A stretch of 62,531 nucleotides of DNA, filler included, from Actinomycetota bacterium (GTDB lineage: Bacteria; Actinomycetota; Acidimicrobiia; IMCC26256; VFJJ01), in NCBI GenBank assembly GCA_009886115.1. It is 6 parts of 6 records of this genome, joined end to end, with 100 filler letters (N's around TTAATTAATTAA, not from the genome) between each part and the next. Parts side by side here need not be neighbours in the genome. Positions count along the whole stretch, not along the records: positions 29,810 to 36,832 come from VFJJ01000114.1; positions 36,933 to 44,846 come from VFJJ01000171.1; 4 more parts are not named here. The stretch is one strand, 5' to 3'. The notes beneath the pieces are model-generated. The model did no database searches and was not told where the DNA came from. It saw nothing but the letters and a program-made list of their open reading frames with translations. This document shows, one piece after another, positions 34,264-43,853 of the stretch (position 1 is the stretch's first letter; every line of letters starts with the position of its first letter). Both the position numbers and the translations under genes were made by a program.

Positions 34264-36504
34264 CTACTCCTCGAGGACCGAGACGGCGACGATCGGTTGG
34301 GTGGGCGGCGTGGCCCCGAGTGAGCCGAAGAAGCCCTGATCGGAGAAGTTGAAGATGCCGCCATCGGCGCCGACCATCAAGTAGCCGTCGCCGAAGCGGA
34401 CCATCCCCACGACCGGTCGGTTGAGCGAGACCGTGCCCATCGACCCACGGAAGGCTGCATCGAAGGCGAAGATCCCGCCATCGGAGCCGACCAGCCAGTA
34501 GCCCCGTCCATCGCCGTCGGGCACGAGCCCCATGACCGGGGCGTTGAGGCGGAACCCTCCCATCGAGCCCGCGAACTGAGCGTCACCGAAGGCGAAGATC
34601 CCGCCATCGGAGGCGACCATGAAGTACCCACCACCGGTGGGGGTCGGGATCGAGCCGATCACAGGGCCGTTGAGCACCAGCGTCGACACGTCTCCGTGGT
34701 GCACGGCGTCGCCGAAGGCCAGAGCCCGCCCCCGATTGCTGAAGAGCCAGTAACCGGCGCCCGAACCGGTGGCAGCGAGGCTCGTCACCTGCTCACCGGC
34801 GACGAGCGTCACCTGGGGAGCGTCGCCGAAGCGCCGGGCATCGCCGAAGGCCTTGACCCGACCGGAGCTGTCGACGATCCAGTAGCCCAGCCCGGTGGGG
34901 GTCGTCTCCAGATCGGTCGCCGTCGCCGAGCCCGACAGCGTCCCGGCGATGTCGCCGTAGTGCAGCGCCGAGCCGAAGGCGTGCGCCCGCCCCGAACGCT
35001 CGAGCATCCAGTACCCCCGACCCCGCCGAGCACGGCCGGGCGCTGTCGTGGTTGTCGTCGGCGGTGGAGCCGTGGTCGCTGTCGGTGGTGTCGTGGTCGT
35101 GGTCGAGGGCGGTGCCGTCGTGGCGGTCGTCGTCGTCGACGAGGAGGCGGAAAGTTCGATCTCGACGGTGGCCGCGGTGGAGGTCACCGAGACCACGGTG
35201 ATCCGTGAACCCGAGACGGGATCGAGAAACGTCTGGCCGGCGGCGAGCGGCGCGTCGTTGAACGTCGTGGTTCCCGGTGTGGCGTCGAGCACGTAGCTCT
35301 GCGACGAGTACGAGGCCGTCGTACGCATGCCGACACCCATGACGAACGGATCGGTCGAGATCCAGTTGTCGAACCTCGCCGTGGGTTGGCGGTACTCCAA
35401 CCAGAGATCCACGTTCGTGCCGAGGGCGATCTTCAGCAGGCGCGGCGAGCCGGCGCCCTCCATCGGGGCGATCGTGTAGGTCCCCGACGTCGAGACCTGC
35501 TGCGTCGGCATCGTGTACCCGAGGAGGGCCTGATGACGGGCGTGGTGCATGCGCGTGCTCGCACCCATGACCGACGCCGGGTCCCCGTACTCCGAGGCCG
35601 TGCACGACGTGGAGTACGTCACCCGGACGCCGGCGGACGTGCAGTTGAGCGACGATGCATGGTGCACGTTGAAGTTGTGTCCCAGCTCGTGGGCGATGGT
35701 CCGAAGCGTGGGCGAACCGTTGATCCAAGCCCCCGACCAACCCAGATACGCCAGCCCCGACCATCCGCAGCTCAGGCTCGGGAAGTTGTAGACGATCCAG
35801 TCGTACGCGCCGAGCGTGTGGCCGTTGGCGGTGGCCTTGGCGTTGGCTTCACTGGCCCAGGTGCCGTAGTTCGATCCGCAGCTGGCGTTGGTGGCATCGA
35901 GCTCGATCCAGTCGGTGACGGTGCCCGTGATCGTGAGCTCCCCGTTCGACACGTCCGAGTAGTACGCGGCGACCGATGTGGGGTTGGTGAGCAGCACCTG
36001 CTCGGCCGCGGCCTTGGTCCAGGGCGTACGGCGGTCGTTGGCGAAGTTGAACATGATCATCAGGACCGACTGGGCGCCCGTGGCCATGGCGGCGGTGTCG
36101 GCCGCGACCTCGGGGCCGTGGTCATGCGTGGCGTGATCGTGCGAGAGCTCCGACGGGGGAACGACGAGCTCGGCCTGGCCCGGCGTCTGGTACGCGGTCA
36201 CCTCGCTGCCAACGTGAGCCATGGCAGCGTCACTCGAGAGCGCTACGGGGGTGGCTGCGGGATCGACTGCCGCCGTCCCGCTGACGAGGCCGACCTCCTC
36301 GTCGGCGATCCCGGCGACGAAGTCGTCTCCGTGGGCGATGACCAGGGTACCGTCGACGGCCGTCCCCGAGGGGGGCGCAGCGACCAGGGGCGGGAGGCTG
36401 GCAGCCGAGGACCCGTTGGCCGTCGGGACGAGTGCCGCCACGCCCACGCACGAGAGCGCGAGGCCGCTCACGAGACATCTCGTGGTCTGCAGAACCCTGA
36501 GCAC
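34264..36504 (-). CDS. Secreted metzincin (M11 gametolysin-like) peptidase with a Thr/Pro linker and C-terminal GYWLVxSDGGIF repeats
   Basis: Signal peptide; HELGHNFNVHH zinc motif; EYGDPASVMG Met-turn; poly-Thr linker; several GYW...G.V..FGDA / DGGIFAFG repeats. Confidence 0.82.
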   Translation of the reverse strand: MLRVLQTTRCLVSGLALSCVGVAALVPTANGSSAASLPPLVAAPPSGTAVDGTLVIAHGDDFVAGIADEEVGLVSGTAAVDPAATPVALSSDAAMAHVGSEVTAYQTPGQAELVVPPSELSHDHATHDHGPEVAADTAAMATGAQSVLMIMFNFANDRRTPWTKAAAEQVLLTNPTSVAAYYSDVSNGELTITGTVTDWIELDATNASCGSNYGTWASEANAKATANGHTLGAYDWIVYNFPSLSCGWSGLAYLGWSGAWINGSPTLRTIAHELGHNFNVHHASSLNCTSAGVRVTYSTSCTASEYGDPASVMGASTRMHHARHQALLGYTMPTQQVSTSGTYTIAPMEGAGSPRLLKIALGTNVDLWLEYRQPTARFDNWISTDPFVMGVGMRTTASYSSQSYVLDATPGTTTFNDAPLAAGQTFLDPVSGSRITVVSVTSTAATVEIELSASSSTTTTATTAPPSTTTTTPPTATTAPPPTTTTTAPGRARRGRGYWMLERSGRAHAFGSALHYGDIAGTLSGSATATDLETTPTGLGYWIVDSSGRVKAFGDARRFGDAPQVTLVAGEQVTSLAATGSGAGYWLFSNRGRALAFGDAVHHGDVSTLVLNGPVIGSIPTPTGGGYFMVASDGGIFAFGDAQFAGSMGGFRLNAPVMGLVPDGDGRGYWLVGSDGGIFAFDAAFRGSMGTVSLNRPVVGMVRFGDGYLMVGADGGIFNFSDQGFFGSLGATPPTQPIVAVSVLEE

Positions 36505-36654
36505 GACGCGCGACCTTCCTTCGCCCCACCTGACATTCGTCGCGGGACGCTCGGGCGCTTGACGGGCCGGGAGCAGAACTGCACCGTCTGCGGCTTGGGC
36601 ACCGGATCCGACCGGTCGACCTTGACGCTCCGGGTTTGTCCGGGAAAAGGTGGT

Positions 36655-36682
36655 TCAACCCGTGCCCCGGTTGTGCCGATAG
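36655..36682 (+). promoter_or_regulatory. FliA/WhiG (sigma28)-type promoter
   Basis: TCAA, 16 nt, GCCGATAG upstream of the partial gene at 36760. Confidence 0.5.
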
Positions 36683-36759
36683 GCCATGTGGATGGCGTCA
36701 ACGGTCTCGCTCAGGCGACCTGTCCCGTCCCGTGGGAGCCCCTGAGAACGGGAGATGCC

Positions 36760-36832
36760 GTGATCAACCTGGACGCACTCACCCGATCGGCTCGGGACCT
36801 CGAGCCTCTGCCCGTGAGCGTCAGTCGGTTGG
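36760..36832 (+). CDS. 5' fragment of a probable HDOD-domain signalling protein
   Basis: GGGAG RBS, GTG at 36760: MINLDALTRSARDLEPLPVSVSRL (the LxxLP start of HDOD domains); only 24 codons visible. Confidence 0.4.
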
Positions 36833-36932
36833 NNNNNNNNNNNNNNNNNNNNNNNNNNNNNNNNNNNNNNNNNNNNTTAATTAATTAANNNNNNNNNNNN
36901 NNNNNNNNNNNNNNNNNNNNNNNNNNNNNNNN
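36833..36932. other. Artificial contig-joining spacer
   Basis: N44-TTAATTAATTAA-N44. Confidence 0.98.
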
Positions 36933-37070
36933 ACCGGGCACGCCGGGTAGCGAAGGTAGCCGTTGCTCGCAGAGCGTGGCCATCGACTCGACGGGTTGCT
37001 TCGATGAGCGGCTCCTCTGGCGGGCGGAGGCGGATCGGGAGGCGTTCGGATCGGCGGGCCGGTAGGATCG

Positions 37071-37101
37071 TGGTCGCAAGTTCGATTCTTGCTAGCCCCA
37101 C
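37071..37101 (+). other. tRNA 3'-half fragment (candidate att site)
   Basis: TGGTC-GCAAG-TTCGATT-CTTGC-TAGCCCC-AC: variable loop, perfect 5-bp T-stem with TTCGA loop and acceptor 3' strand; no complementary GGGGCTA 5' half upstream. Confidence 0.55.
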
Positions 37102-37324
37102 AAACACGGACAACCAGCAGGTCAGAGCTAGTGTGGCGTCAGTTCGTCGTGCCCGGGCATGGGTAGCACAGCGCTTCGGACGACTGATTACACGATCCCT
37201 TTTCCGATCGGGAATGGCGTCGGCGAGGGCTACTGACGACGAGCGACGGCTCGCCCGATGGCCCGCTTCCGGGGTCGCCCGCGCCGCAGCGGGTCCCGTG
37301 CCCGCCGACGTGCCAACATGTGTC

Positions 37325-38761
37325 ATGGCACGTCATTTCGGTCTCACAGGTCTCGCGGTCATGGGTCAGAACCTTGCTCGCAACGTCGCGTCGAAGGGGT
37401 TCCCTATCGCGGTTCACAACCGCACGTCGGCCAAGACCGAAGAGTTCGTCGCCACGTACGGGCACGAGGGTGACATCGTTGGTGGCGCGACGATGGCCGA
37501 CTTCGTGGGCGCCCTCGAGCGGCCCCGCGCCGTGATGATCATGGTGAAGGCGGGCGCGCCCGTCGACGCCGTGATCGAGGAGCTCATCGCTCACCTCGAC
37601 GACGGCGACGTCATCATCGACGGGGGCAACTCGCTGTTCACCGACACCGAGCGCCGCGTGAGGTCGCTCGCGGCGCGAGGCCTGCGCTTCCTCGGAACCG
37701 GGGTCTCGGGTGGCGAGGAAGGTGCGCTCCACGGTCCGAGCATGATGCCAGGCGGCTCGCACGACGCCTACGCGGTTGTCGCTGAGGTCTTCACGAAGAT
37801 CGCGGCGCAGGTCGACGGCGAGCCGTGCTGCACCTACATCGGCGACGGCGGCGCCGGTCACTACACGAAGATGGTGCACAACGGCATCGAGTACGCCGAC
37901 ATGCAGCTCATCGCCGAGGCCTACGACCTTCTCCGCCACGGGCTGGGGCTCGGCAACGACGAGCTCCATGAGGTGTTCAGCACCTGGAACGCCGGCGAGC
38001 TCAGCTCGTTCCTCATCGAGATCACCGCCCGCATCTTCGCGGTCCGTGACGACCAGCCCCCCGTGGCTGGCGTGGCCGGGGCGCCGGGTCACCTCATCGA
38101 CCAGGTCCTCGACCAGGCCGCCCAGAAGGGCACCGGCCGGCAGACCGCCCAGGAGGCCCTGGAGCTCGGGATCCCGGTGACCGCCATCACCGAGGCGGTG
38201 TTCGCCCGGGCGCTCTCGGCGCTGCGCGACCAGCGGCTCGCGGCGTCCACGGTGCTTCCCGGCCCCGTGCCGGGCGACGCCCGGGTCGGCGACGACCGGC
38301 AGGGCTTCGTCGACGCCGTGCGCGACGCCCTGTACGCGTCGAAGGTGGTGGCCTACGCACAGGGCTTCGACCAGCTCCGGGCAGCGGGCGCCGAGCACGG
38401 GTGGGCGCTCGACCTCGGAACCACCGCGGCGATCTGGCGGGGTGGTTGCATCATCCGGGCCCAGTTCCTCAACCGGATCCGCGACGCGTACACCGAGCAT
38501 CCCGACCTCGCCAACCTGCTACTGGCCCCGTACTTCACCGAGCTCCTCGCCCGGACCCAGGACAACTGGCGCCGGGTGGTCTCCGAGGCGGTCCGCCTCG
38601 GGATTCCGGCGCCCGCGTTCTCGTCGTCGCTCGCCTACTACGACGGCTACCGACGGGCGCAGCTCCCGGCCAACCTCATCCAGGCCCAGCGGGACCTGTT
38701 CGGGGCCCACACCTACGAGCGCGTCGACCGTCCCGGCACGTTCCACTCGGCCTGGGAGTGA
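37325..38761 (+). CDS. gndA: NADP-dependent 6-phosphogluconate dehydrogenase
   Basis: ATG at 37325: GLAVMGQNLARN, HNRT, IDGGN, GVSGGEEGA, AGHYTKMVHNGIEYADMQ, QKGTG, WRGGCIIRA, LIQAQRDLFGAHTY. Confidence 0.97.
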   Translation: MARHFGLTGLAVMGQNLARNVASKGFPIAVHNRTSAKTEEFVATYGHEGDIVGGATMADFVGALERPRAVMIMVKAGAPVDAVIEELIAHLDDGDVIIDGGNSLFTDTERRVRSLAARGLRFLGTGVSGGEEGALHGPSMMPGGSHDAYAVVAEVFTKIAAQVDGEPCCTYIGDGGAGHYTKMVHNGIEYADMQLIAEAYDLLRHGLGLGNDELHEVFSTWNAGELSSFLIEITARIFAVRDDQPPVAGVAGAPGHLIDQVLDQAAQKGTGRQTAQEALELGIPVTAITEAVFARALSALRDQRLAASTVLPGPVPGDARVGDDRQGFVDAVRDALYASKVVAYAQGFDQLRAAGAEHGWALDLGTTAAIWRGGCIIRAQFLNRIRDAYTEHPDLANLLLAPYFTELLARTQDNWRRVVSEAVRLGIPAPAFSSSLAYYDGYRRAQLPANLIQAQRDLFGAHTYERVDRPGTFHSAWE

Positions 38762-38880
38762 CCCTCGGGCCACGCCAACTCGGCACCGGCACGTTGAACA
38801 GTGCTGACACACCTCGCCGGAGTCGCCGCCCTGCCTGGTGTGATCATCGACCGAACGCGTGACGGGGCAGAGCCCCCCGG

Positions 38881-39963
38881 CTATCCGGCCTTGTGGCAGA
38901 CGTAGTAGTTGTTGAACGGGTCGTCGGGCAGGGTGTGAACGACGATGTCGGTGAAGCCGGCGTTGGCGAAGACCTCCCGGGCCTTCTGCACGCCCCACAT
39001 GGCGCCGAGACCGACGCCGTCGTAGGCGAGGGAGACGGTCATGCAGTGCTGGCACGACACCGAGTAGAGGAACGTGCCCATGGGGTGGTTGAGGTTCTCG
39101 CCGACGTGGCTCGACGCCTGGATGTCGACGCACAGCCAGTCGCCGCCGGGCTTGAGTGACCGGAAGATGCCGTCGACCATCCCTTGGGGGTCGGCCTGGT
39201 CGTGCACGGCGTCGAAGGTGGTCATGAGGTCGAACTGCTGGCTGCCGTCGAGCTTGGCGGCGTCCTGGGCCCGGAACGTGGCGTTGGTGAGCCCCCACTC
39301 GGCCGCCTCGGCCCGCCCGAACGCCAGGGCCTCGTCGGAGAAGTCGATGCCGACGAAGCGCGAGGCCGGGAACGCCTTGGCCATGACGTTGATCGCATGC
39401 CCGCGTCCGGTACCAACATCGGCAACGTCGATCCCTCTGGTGAGACGTTCGGTGGCTCCGGGGATCATCGTGAGGGTGCCGTCGACGAGACCGACGTCGA
39501 AGATCGCTCCGCTCATCTCGGCCATGGCCTCGTGGAAACGTCGGTACGAGCTGTACGGGACGCCTCCGCCGTTGCGGAACTTGTCGACGATCTCGTCCTC
39601 GACGCCGCTGCAGATGGCGATGAATTGGGTGAAGCACGCGAAGTTGTTGGGCCCCGCGGCCCGGGTGGTCATTGCGGCGTGCTCGGGCGGCAGCTTGAAC
39701 CCGGCTCGCCCAGGCTCGTACTCGACGATCCCGGCGGTGGCCATGGCCCCGAGCCACTCCCGGACGTAGCGCTCGTCGAGCCCGGCGGCCTCGGCGATCT
39801 CGGCTGAGGTTGCCGCGTGTGGGATCTGGGCCATGGTGTCGAAGAGACCGACCTGATGGCCGATGCTGATCATCGTGGCGGCCATCCCGCCATTGAGGAT
39901 TCCCAGCATCTTCTCGCCGAACTGTTCCAACTTCGCAGGATCGAGCTCGAGTGTCTCCGACAT
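38881..39963 (-). CDS. Class I SAM-dependent methyltransferase with an N-terminal winged helix (Rv2258c-like)
   Basis: IGHQVGLFD, AGLDERYVREWL, FRNGGGVPY, VADVGTGRG, FDAVHD, CMTVSLA...GLGAMWG, DPFNNYY. Confidence 0.9.
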   Translation of the reverse strand: MSETLELDPAKLEQFGEKMLGILNGGMAATMISIGHQVGLFDTMAQIPHAATSAEIAEAAGLDERYVREWLGAMATAGIVEYEPGRAGFKLPPEHAAMTTRAAGPNNFACFTQFIAICSGVEDEIVDKFRNGGGVPYSSYRRFHEAMAEMSGAIFDVGLVDGTLTMIPGATERLTRGIDVADVGTGRGHAINVMAKAFPASRFVGIDFSDEALAFGRAEAAEWGLTNATFRAQDAAKLDGSQQFDLMTTFDAVHDQADPQGMVDGIFRSLKPGGDWLCVDIQASSHVGENLNHPMGTFLYSVSCQHCMTVSLAYDGVGLGAMWGVQKAREVFANAGFTDIVVHTLPDDPFNNYYVCHKAG

Positions 39964-40105
39964 CTCCGGCTCCTCTCGTCGCAGCCGACATCCGTCGAGG
40001 ATCGACCGTAGTACCAGCTGGCGTGCACTGACCGAGGATCAGGGACATCATGGGCTCATGACAGGTGGAGATCACGATTAGTGCTGATGCTCCCTGTTCG
40101 TCGCC

Positions 40106-40366
40106 GTGGCCGACGACGGGGCTCACTGGAAGTCGGTCGCCTGGCCCGGCAACGACCTGATGACGACGCTCATGGACATTCGCCTCTACTACGAAGAGGC
40201 CGCGCTGGCCCTCACCGACCACGTGCCTGCCGCCCGCCAGGCCGACGCCTGGTTCTACCGGTCCACCGAGATGGGAAAGCTGCTGCGCCGGTTCAAAGAG
40301 CAAGTCGAGTCACAGGACCCGCCCTTCAAAGGCAGTGCCTACCTGCTCCCTCAACACGAACAATGA
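40106..40366 (+). pseudogene. Probable C-terminal fragment of an unidentified conserved protein
   Basis: DIRLYYEEAALALTDHVPAARQADAWFYRSTEMG reads as real protein with high-GC3 codons, but there is no RBS or convincing start. Confidence 0.4.
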
Positions 40367-40427
40367 GCCACAGCCCTCACCCGGCTGGGTGAGGGCCCCG
40401 ACCACGACGGTCGAACGAGGCAGGCGG

Positions 40428-41735
40428 ATGGGATCGAACTCGGAGCCCCTGAGGGCATGCCCCGGATGTCTGAGATGCTTGCCGCTCACCACCGACTGCC
40501 CTGCTTGCGGCCCAGCCGACGCAGGCATCGAGCCCGCTCGCCCGAACACCGGGGACAGCAGTCGCCGCGCCTCTCGATTTCGTCGACGTCGCGGAGCGAT
40601 ACTGGCGGTCGTCACGATCGGCGCAGCCGCCATCGGGGTGTCCGCGGTCCGGGATTGGCACCCGTCGGCCTCGGACGTTGCGGCCAGCGCCGCACCGGGG
40701 CCAAACACACAGGCTTTCCCAGCCCTGGCCACCGAGGTCTCAGCCCCGCCCGGTCCGGCCGTCTCGGATCCGCTCACCACGACGAGCATCGTCCTGGGAC
40801 CGCAGCTGCCCGAACCAACCGGGACGACCCTGCTCATCGCCGACGATGGCGACACTCAGCTCCTCGCCTTCGAGCTCGACACCGGGACCGTCACCATCGT
40901 CGACCTGCGCGTCCCACCAACAGGCCTCTCCCCCAGCACGGTCATCTCCGTCGCCGGTGGGATCATCGACATCCACGGACCCACGATCCGCTTCGTCCCC
41001 ATCGACGGATCGCCTCCGGTCGACTTGGCACCGAACCGTTGCGGTGCCCTCGCTGCCGATCAGCTCGATCAGGTCTGGATCGTCGACTGCGAACCACGAA
41101 TCTCGGTTCGAGCCGTTGATCTCGACGGTCGTCCTCTCACCGACGCGATCGTGCTCCCCGCGAACAGCTACCCCATCGGCGGCTGGTCGGACGGCGTGGT
41201 GGTCCAGGGTGTCGGTCAGATCTCCCGGGTCGACGCCGCCGGCGCCGTGACCCCGATTGCTGACGGACTGTCCTCGGGCGTCGCAGGAGGCCGACTCCTG
41301 CGCACGTCATGCCGCAACGGCGACGGCTGCCGGGCCGACATCGTCGACATCATCACCGGCGTCACCGTCGCGTCCCTTGCAAGGCCGACGCTCGAACCCC
41401 AATCGACCGGATACTTCGGCCGGACGAGCGCCGCCGTGTCACCCGACCGGAGCCAACTCGTCGTCGCTTCGGGGTTCGGCCCCGACAGCTCACCCACGTT
41501 CACCGCTATCGACATGCGCAACGGCACCGGGGCCAGGGTTCCCGGCGCCTCGATCGACCTGTACCGAGACGGAGTGGCCTGGTCCGACGACGGCCGCTGG
41601 CTCTTCTACCGCGGACCCGATTCGATCCTGAGCGCATGGAGAATCGGTGACCCCGAACCGATCAGGCTCACTGACGCCCCCCGAGGCCCCGTGCTCGCAA
41701 GCGCCCCGACCCCCGGCGTGAAGGCCACCCGCTGA
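40428..41735 (+). CDS. Membrane-anchored hypothetical protein: N-terminal CxxC-CxxC ribbon, one TM, Pro-rich linker, probable beta-propeller
   Basis: CPGC...CPAC, RRRRGAILAVVTIGAAAIGV, TolB-like AVSPDRSQL and AWSDDGRWLFY motifs. Confidence 0.65.
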   Translation: MGSNSEPLRACPGCLRCLPLTTDCPACGPADAGIEPARPNTGDSSRRASRFRRRRGAILAVVTIGAAAIGVSAVRDWHPSASDVAASAAPGPNTQAFPALATEVSAPPGPAVSDPLTTTSIVLGPQLPEPTGTTLLIADDGDTQLLAFELDTGTVTIVDLRVPPTGLSPSTVISVAGGIIDIHGPTIRFVPIDGSPPVDLAPNRCGALAADQLDQVWIVDCEPRISVRAVDLDGRPLTDAIVLPANSYPIGGWSDGVVVQGVGQISRVDAAGAVTPIADGLSSGVAGGRLLRTSCRNGDGCRADIVDIITGVTVASLARPTLEPQSTGYFGRTSAAVSPDRSQLVVASGFGPDSSPTFTAIDMRNGTGARVPGASIDLYRDGVAWSDDGRWLFYRGPDSILSAWRIGDPEPIRLTDAPRGPVLASAPTPGVKATR

Positions 41736-42115
41736 GCAACCGGAACATCGAGATGCGAATTGGCGATCGGACATCCCGATCGTCAAATACTTTCCCCCGC
41801 CCTGGCGAAGGGGCGGTCCTTCACTCGGAACCCCCCCGTGCCGTGCGACGACCTCTCGGTCGTCGCAGCAACGCCAGCACGAGGCGAATCTCAGACCCGA
41901 CGCTGTGCCACGACCGGCCTTCATCGGCGTCAAGCCCGTGACCATGACGTCGTTGGCGTGACCTCACTCGGCTGGAACGCAGTTGGGCTCCTGTGGGGAG
42001 CCCCGGTCGGGCTTGACCCCGGGTCCGGTCGTGGGTCATGGCGCAGCCATGGGAGCGCAGCGCGGAGGTGCGCTCCCGCCTGGAAGGGACGGGAACCGTC
42101 ACTTGGAGGTTCCGA

Positions 42116-42430
42116 ATGGACGCCATCCAGCACATCGCTATCCGGCTCTTGACCACACCCGAACGTGTCCGGCACGGCTGGCCACTCGACGCCCGCCCCT
42201 TCGAGGGACTTCCAATCCTCGGGCCGAGCAGCGTCGTGATGTTGCGCTGGGTGGCCCGACACGCGGACGAGCTGATCCGCTACCAACGGACGCCGTTGGC
42301 CGAGCTGGCGGCAGACCCTTTCGCCGACAACCACAGCCCTGTCGGCCTGTCGTGTCGCATCTCTCGAAGCGACGCAGGTACCGACGGCGCGCCCTCGGTC
42401 GACGAGTTCATTGCGTTGCTCTTCTCATGA
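42116..42430 (+). pseudogene. Degraded hypothetical gene fragment
   Basis: GGAGG RBS then MDAIQHIAIRL...LPILGPSSVVMLRWVARH; the C-terminal part loses protein-like character. Confidence 0.3.
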
Positions 42431-42654
42431 GGGCGGAACGATGCCTGCTGGCCGCCTGTTGAGGGTTGCGCTGGTTGACTGCTGTGCTGGTTGTCTGCTG
42501 AGCCGGGCCGGTGCTCGCCGGGGTGGTGTCCTTGCTGCTGTCACCGGCTTCGTCTCGGGAGCCTGGTGGCTGCTTGCCGTCGCCGCAGTGCTCTGCATGC
42601 TGGCGCCCATCGGCCTGCGCCACCGATCCCACTCGGCCCCCGAGGAGTTCTGAC

Positions 42655-43186
42655 ATGCCCGAGCCGGTTGACCGTTATCGGGTCCAGGAGCTGCTCGCCG
42701 CGGGAGCGCAGCTCGTCGAGGTGCTCCCGGAGGAGGAGTTCGCCGAGGAACACTTGCCCGGCGCTTCCAACATCAACCTGAAGCGTCTCGATGCAAAGGC
42801 GGTCGCCCAGCTCGATCCGGCTCGACCGGTCATCGTCTACTGCTGGGACGCTCTTTGAGACATGAGCCCACGTCGACCCGAGCCCGGCTATCTGTGCGCC
42901 CTCCGACCCGGTCGGTGATGTCGCCGCGATGGTCGCTGTGCAGGGCAGCGTCCTGGTCGTTCAACACGGAGTTCTGCTCGGTCGTGTTCGCTCGAAGCAC
43001 CTCGCCGGCGTGCACCCGGCCACGCCGGAGGAGGAGGTCATGGGCCCCGGTCCGGCCACGGTACGGGCGAACGAGCCGCTCGATGCTCTGCTCGAACGGA
43101 TGGCAGCCCGCAACGTCGACGAGATGGTGGTGACCACAACCGACGGGCACCTTCTGGGCGTCGTGCGAACAGAGGACGCCTCGTGA
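42655..43186 (+). pseudogene. Rhodanese (probable selenocysteine)-CBS fusion gene broken by an internal deletion/frameshift
   Basis: GAGGAG RBS; MPEPVDRYRVQELLAAGAQLVEVLP...HLPGA...PVIVYCWDAL-TGA(42856-58)-DMSPR. A CBS pair continues in the +1 frame (HVDPSPAICAPSDPVGDV...GVLLGRV...VMGPGPATVRANE...VVTTTDGHLLGVV). Confidence 0.7.
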
Positions 43187-43322
43187 GATCCGACCAGTCC
43201 CCAGCGGCAACCCGCGACCTGGCGGCATCTGAGGGCGTGTTCCGACTGCTCCGAGCACACACAGAGTTCGGTCGCCTCTTCCTGGCCCACTCCATCTCGC
43301 GTGCCGGCGACGCCTTCAACAC
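43183..43322 (+). pseudogene. MFS transporter N-terminal fragment
   Basis: GTGA overlap with the CBS stop; VFRLLRAHTEFGRLFLAHSISRAGDAFNT resembles an MFS TM1 motif, then the similarity ends. Confidence 0.55.
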
Positions 43323-43706
43323 CTCGCCCTTCGCAAGACGGTCGGGCGAGCGGCCTCCGTCGAGGTGCACGGCGGTACCCAAGCCCTCCAACGTGCTGAA
43401 CGGGTTCCCGTCCGGTCGGGCGATCGAACCGCCCTGGTGCCCCGCCCGAACCTGCTCGGCGCGATCATCATCAAGGCCGCCGCCAGTGGCAACGACCCGC
43501 GACCGCGCCGGCACCTCCTCGACCTTGCGCTCTTGTGCTCCCTCGTCGAGGACCCACTCGCACTTCGCGAAGACCTCACCAGCAAAGACCGCACGCGGCT
43601 CCGCCTTGCCCACAAGCTCGACGATCGCACCCACGAGGCATGGCTCCTCGTCGACGCGTCCGGGACCGTGTACGCCGCCTATCAACTCCTCCACCAGAGC
43701 GGCTGA
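43320..43706 (+). pseudogene. C-terminal fragment of a possible AbiEii-like nucleotidyltransferase
   Basis: EVHGGTQALQR...VPRPNLLGAIIIKAAA...RHLLDLALL (K...D-L pattern); lacks an N-terminus and abuts the MFS fragment. Confidence 0.4.
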
Positions 43707-43853
43707 CACCAGGGCCACCTACAGCACTGGTACTTGATGACCGTCGCCTGACGGGATGCCCTCCGCTCCGTTATCGATGCCGACCCGGCCGTCTCCCGCT
43801 CTCGCCCCAAGCCGCTTGTGGCGTTGCGGCCACCGATCGGTGCCCGATGGCTG

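Noticed and set aside
37071..37101. Complete tRNA gene
   Set aside because: Only the T-arm and acceptor 3' strand are present; no D-arm, anticodon arm or 5' acceptor strand could be found.
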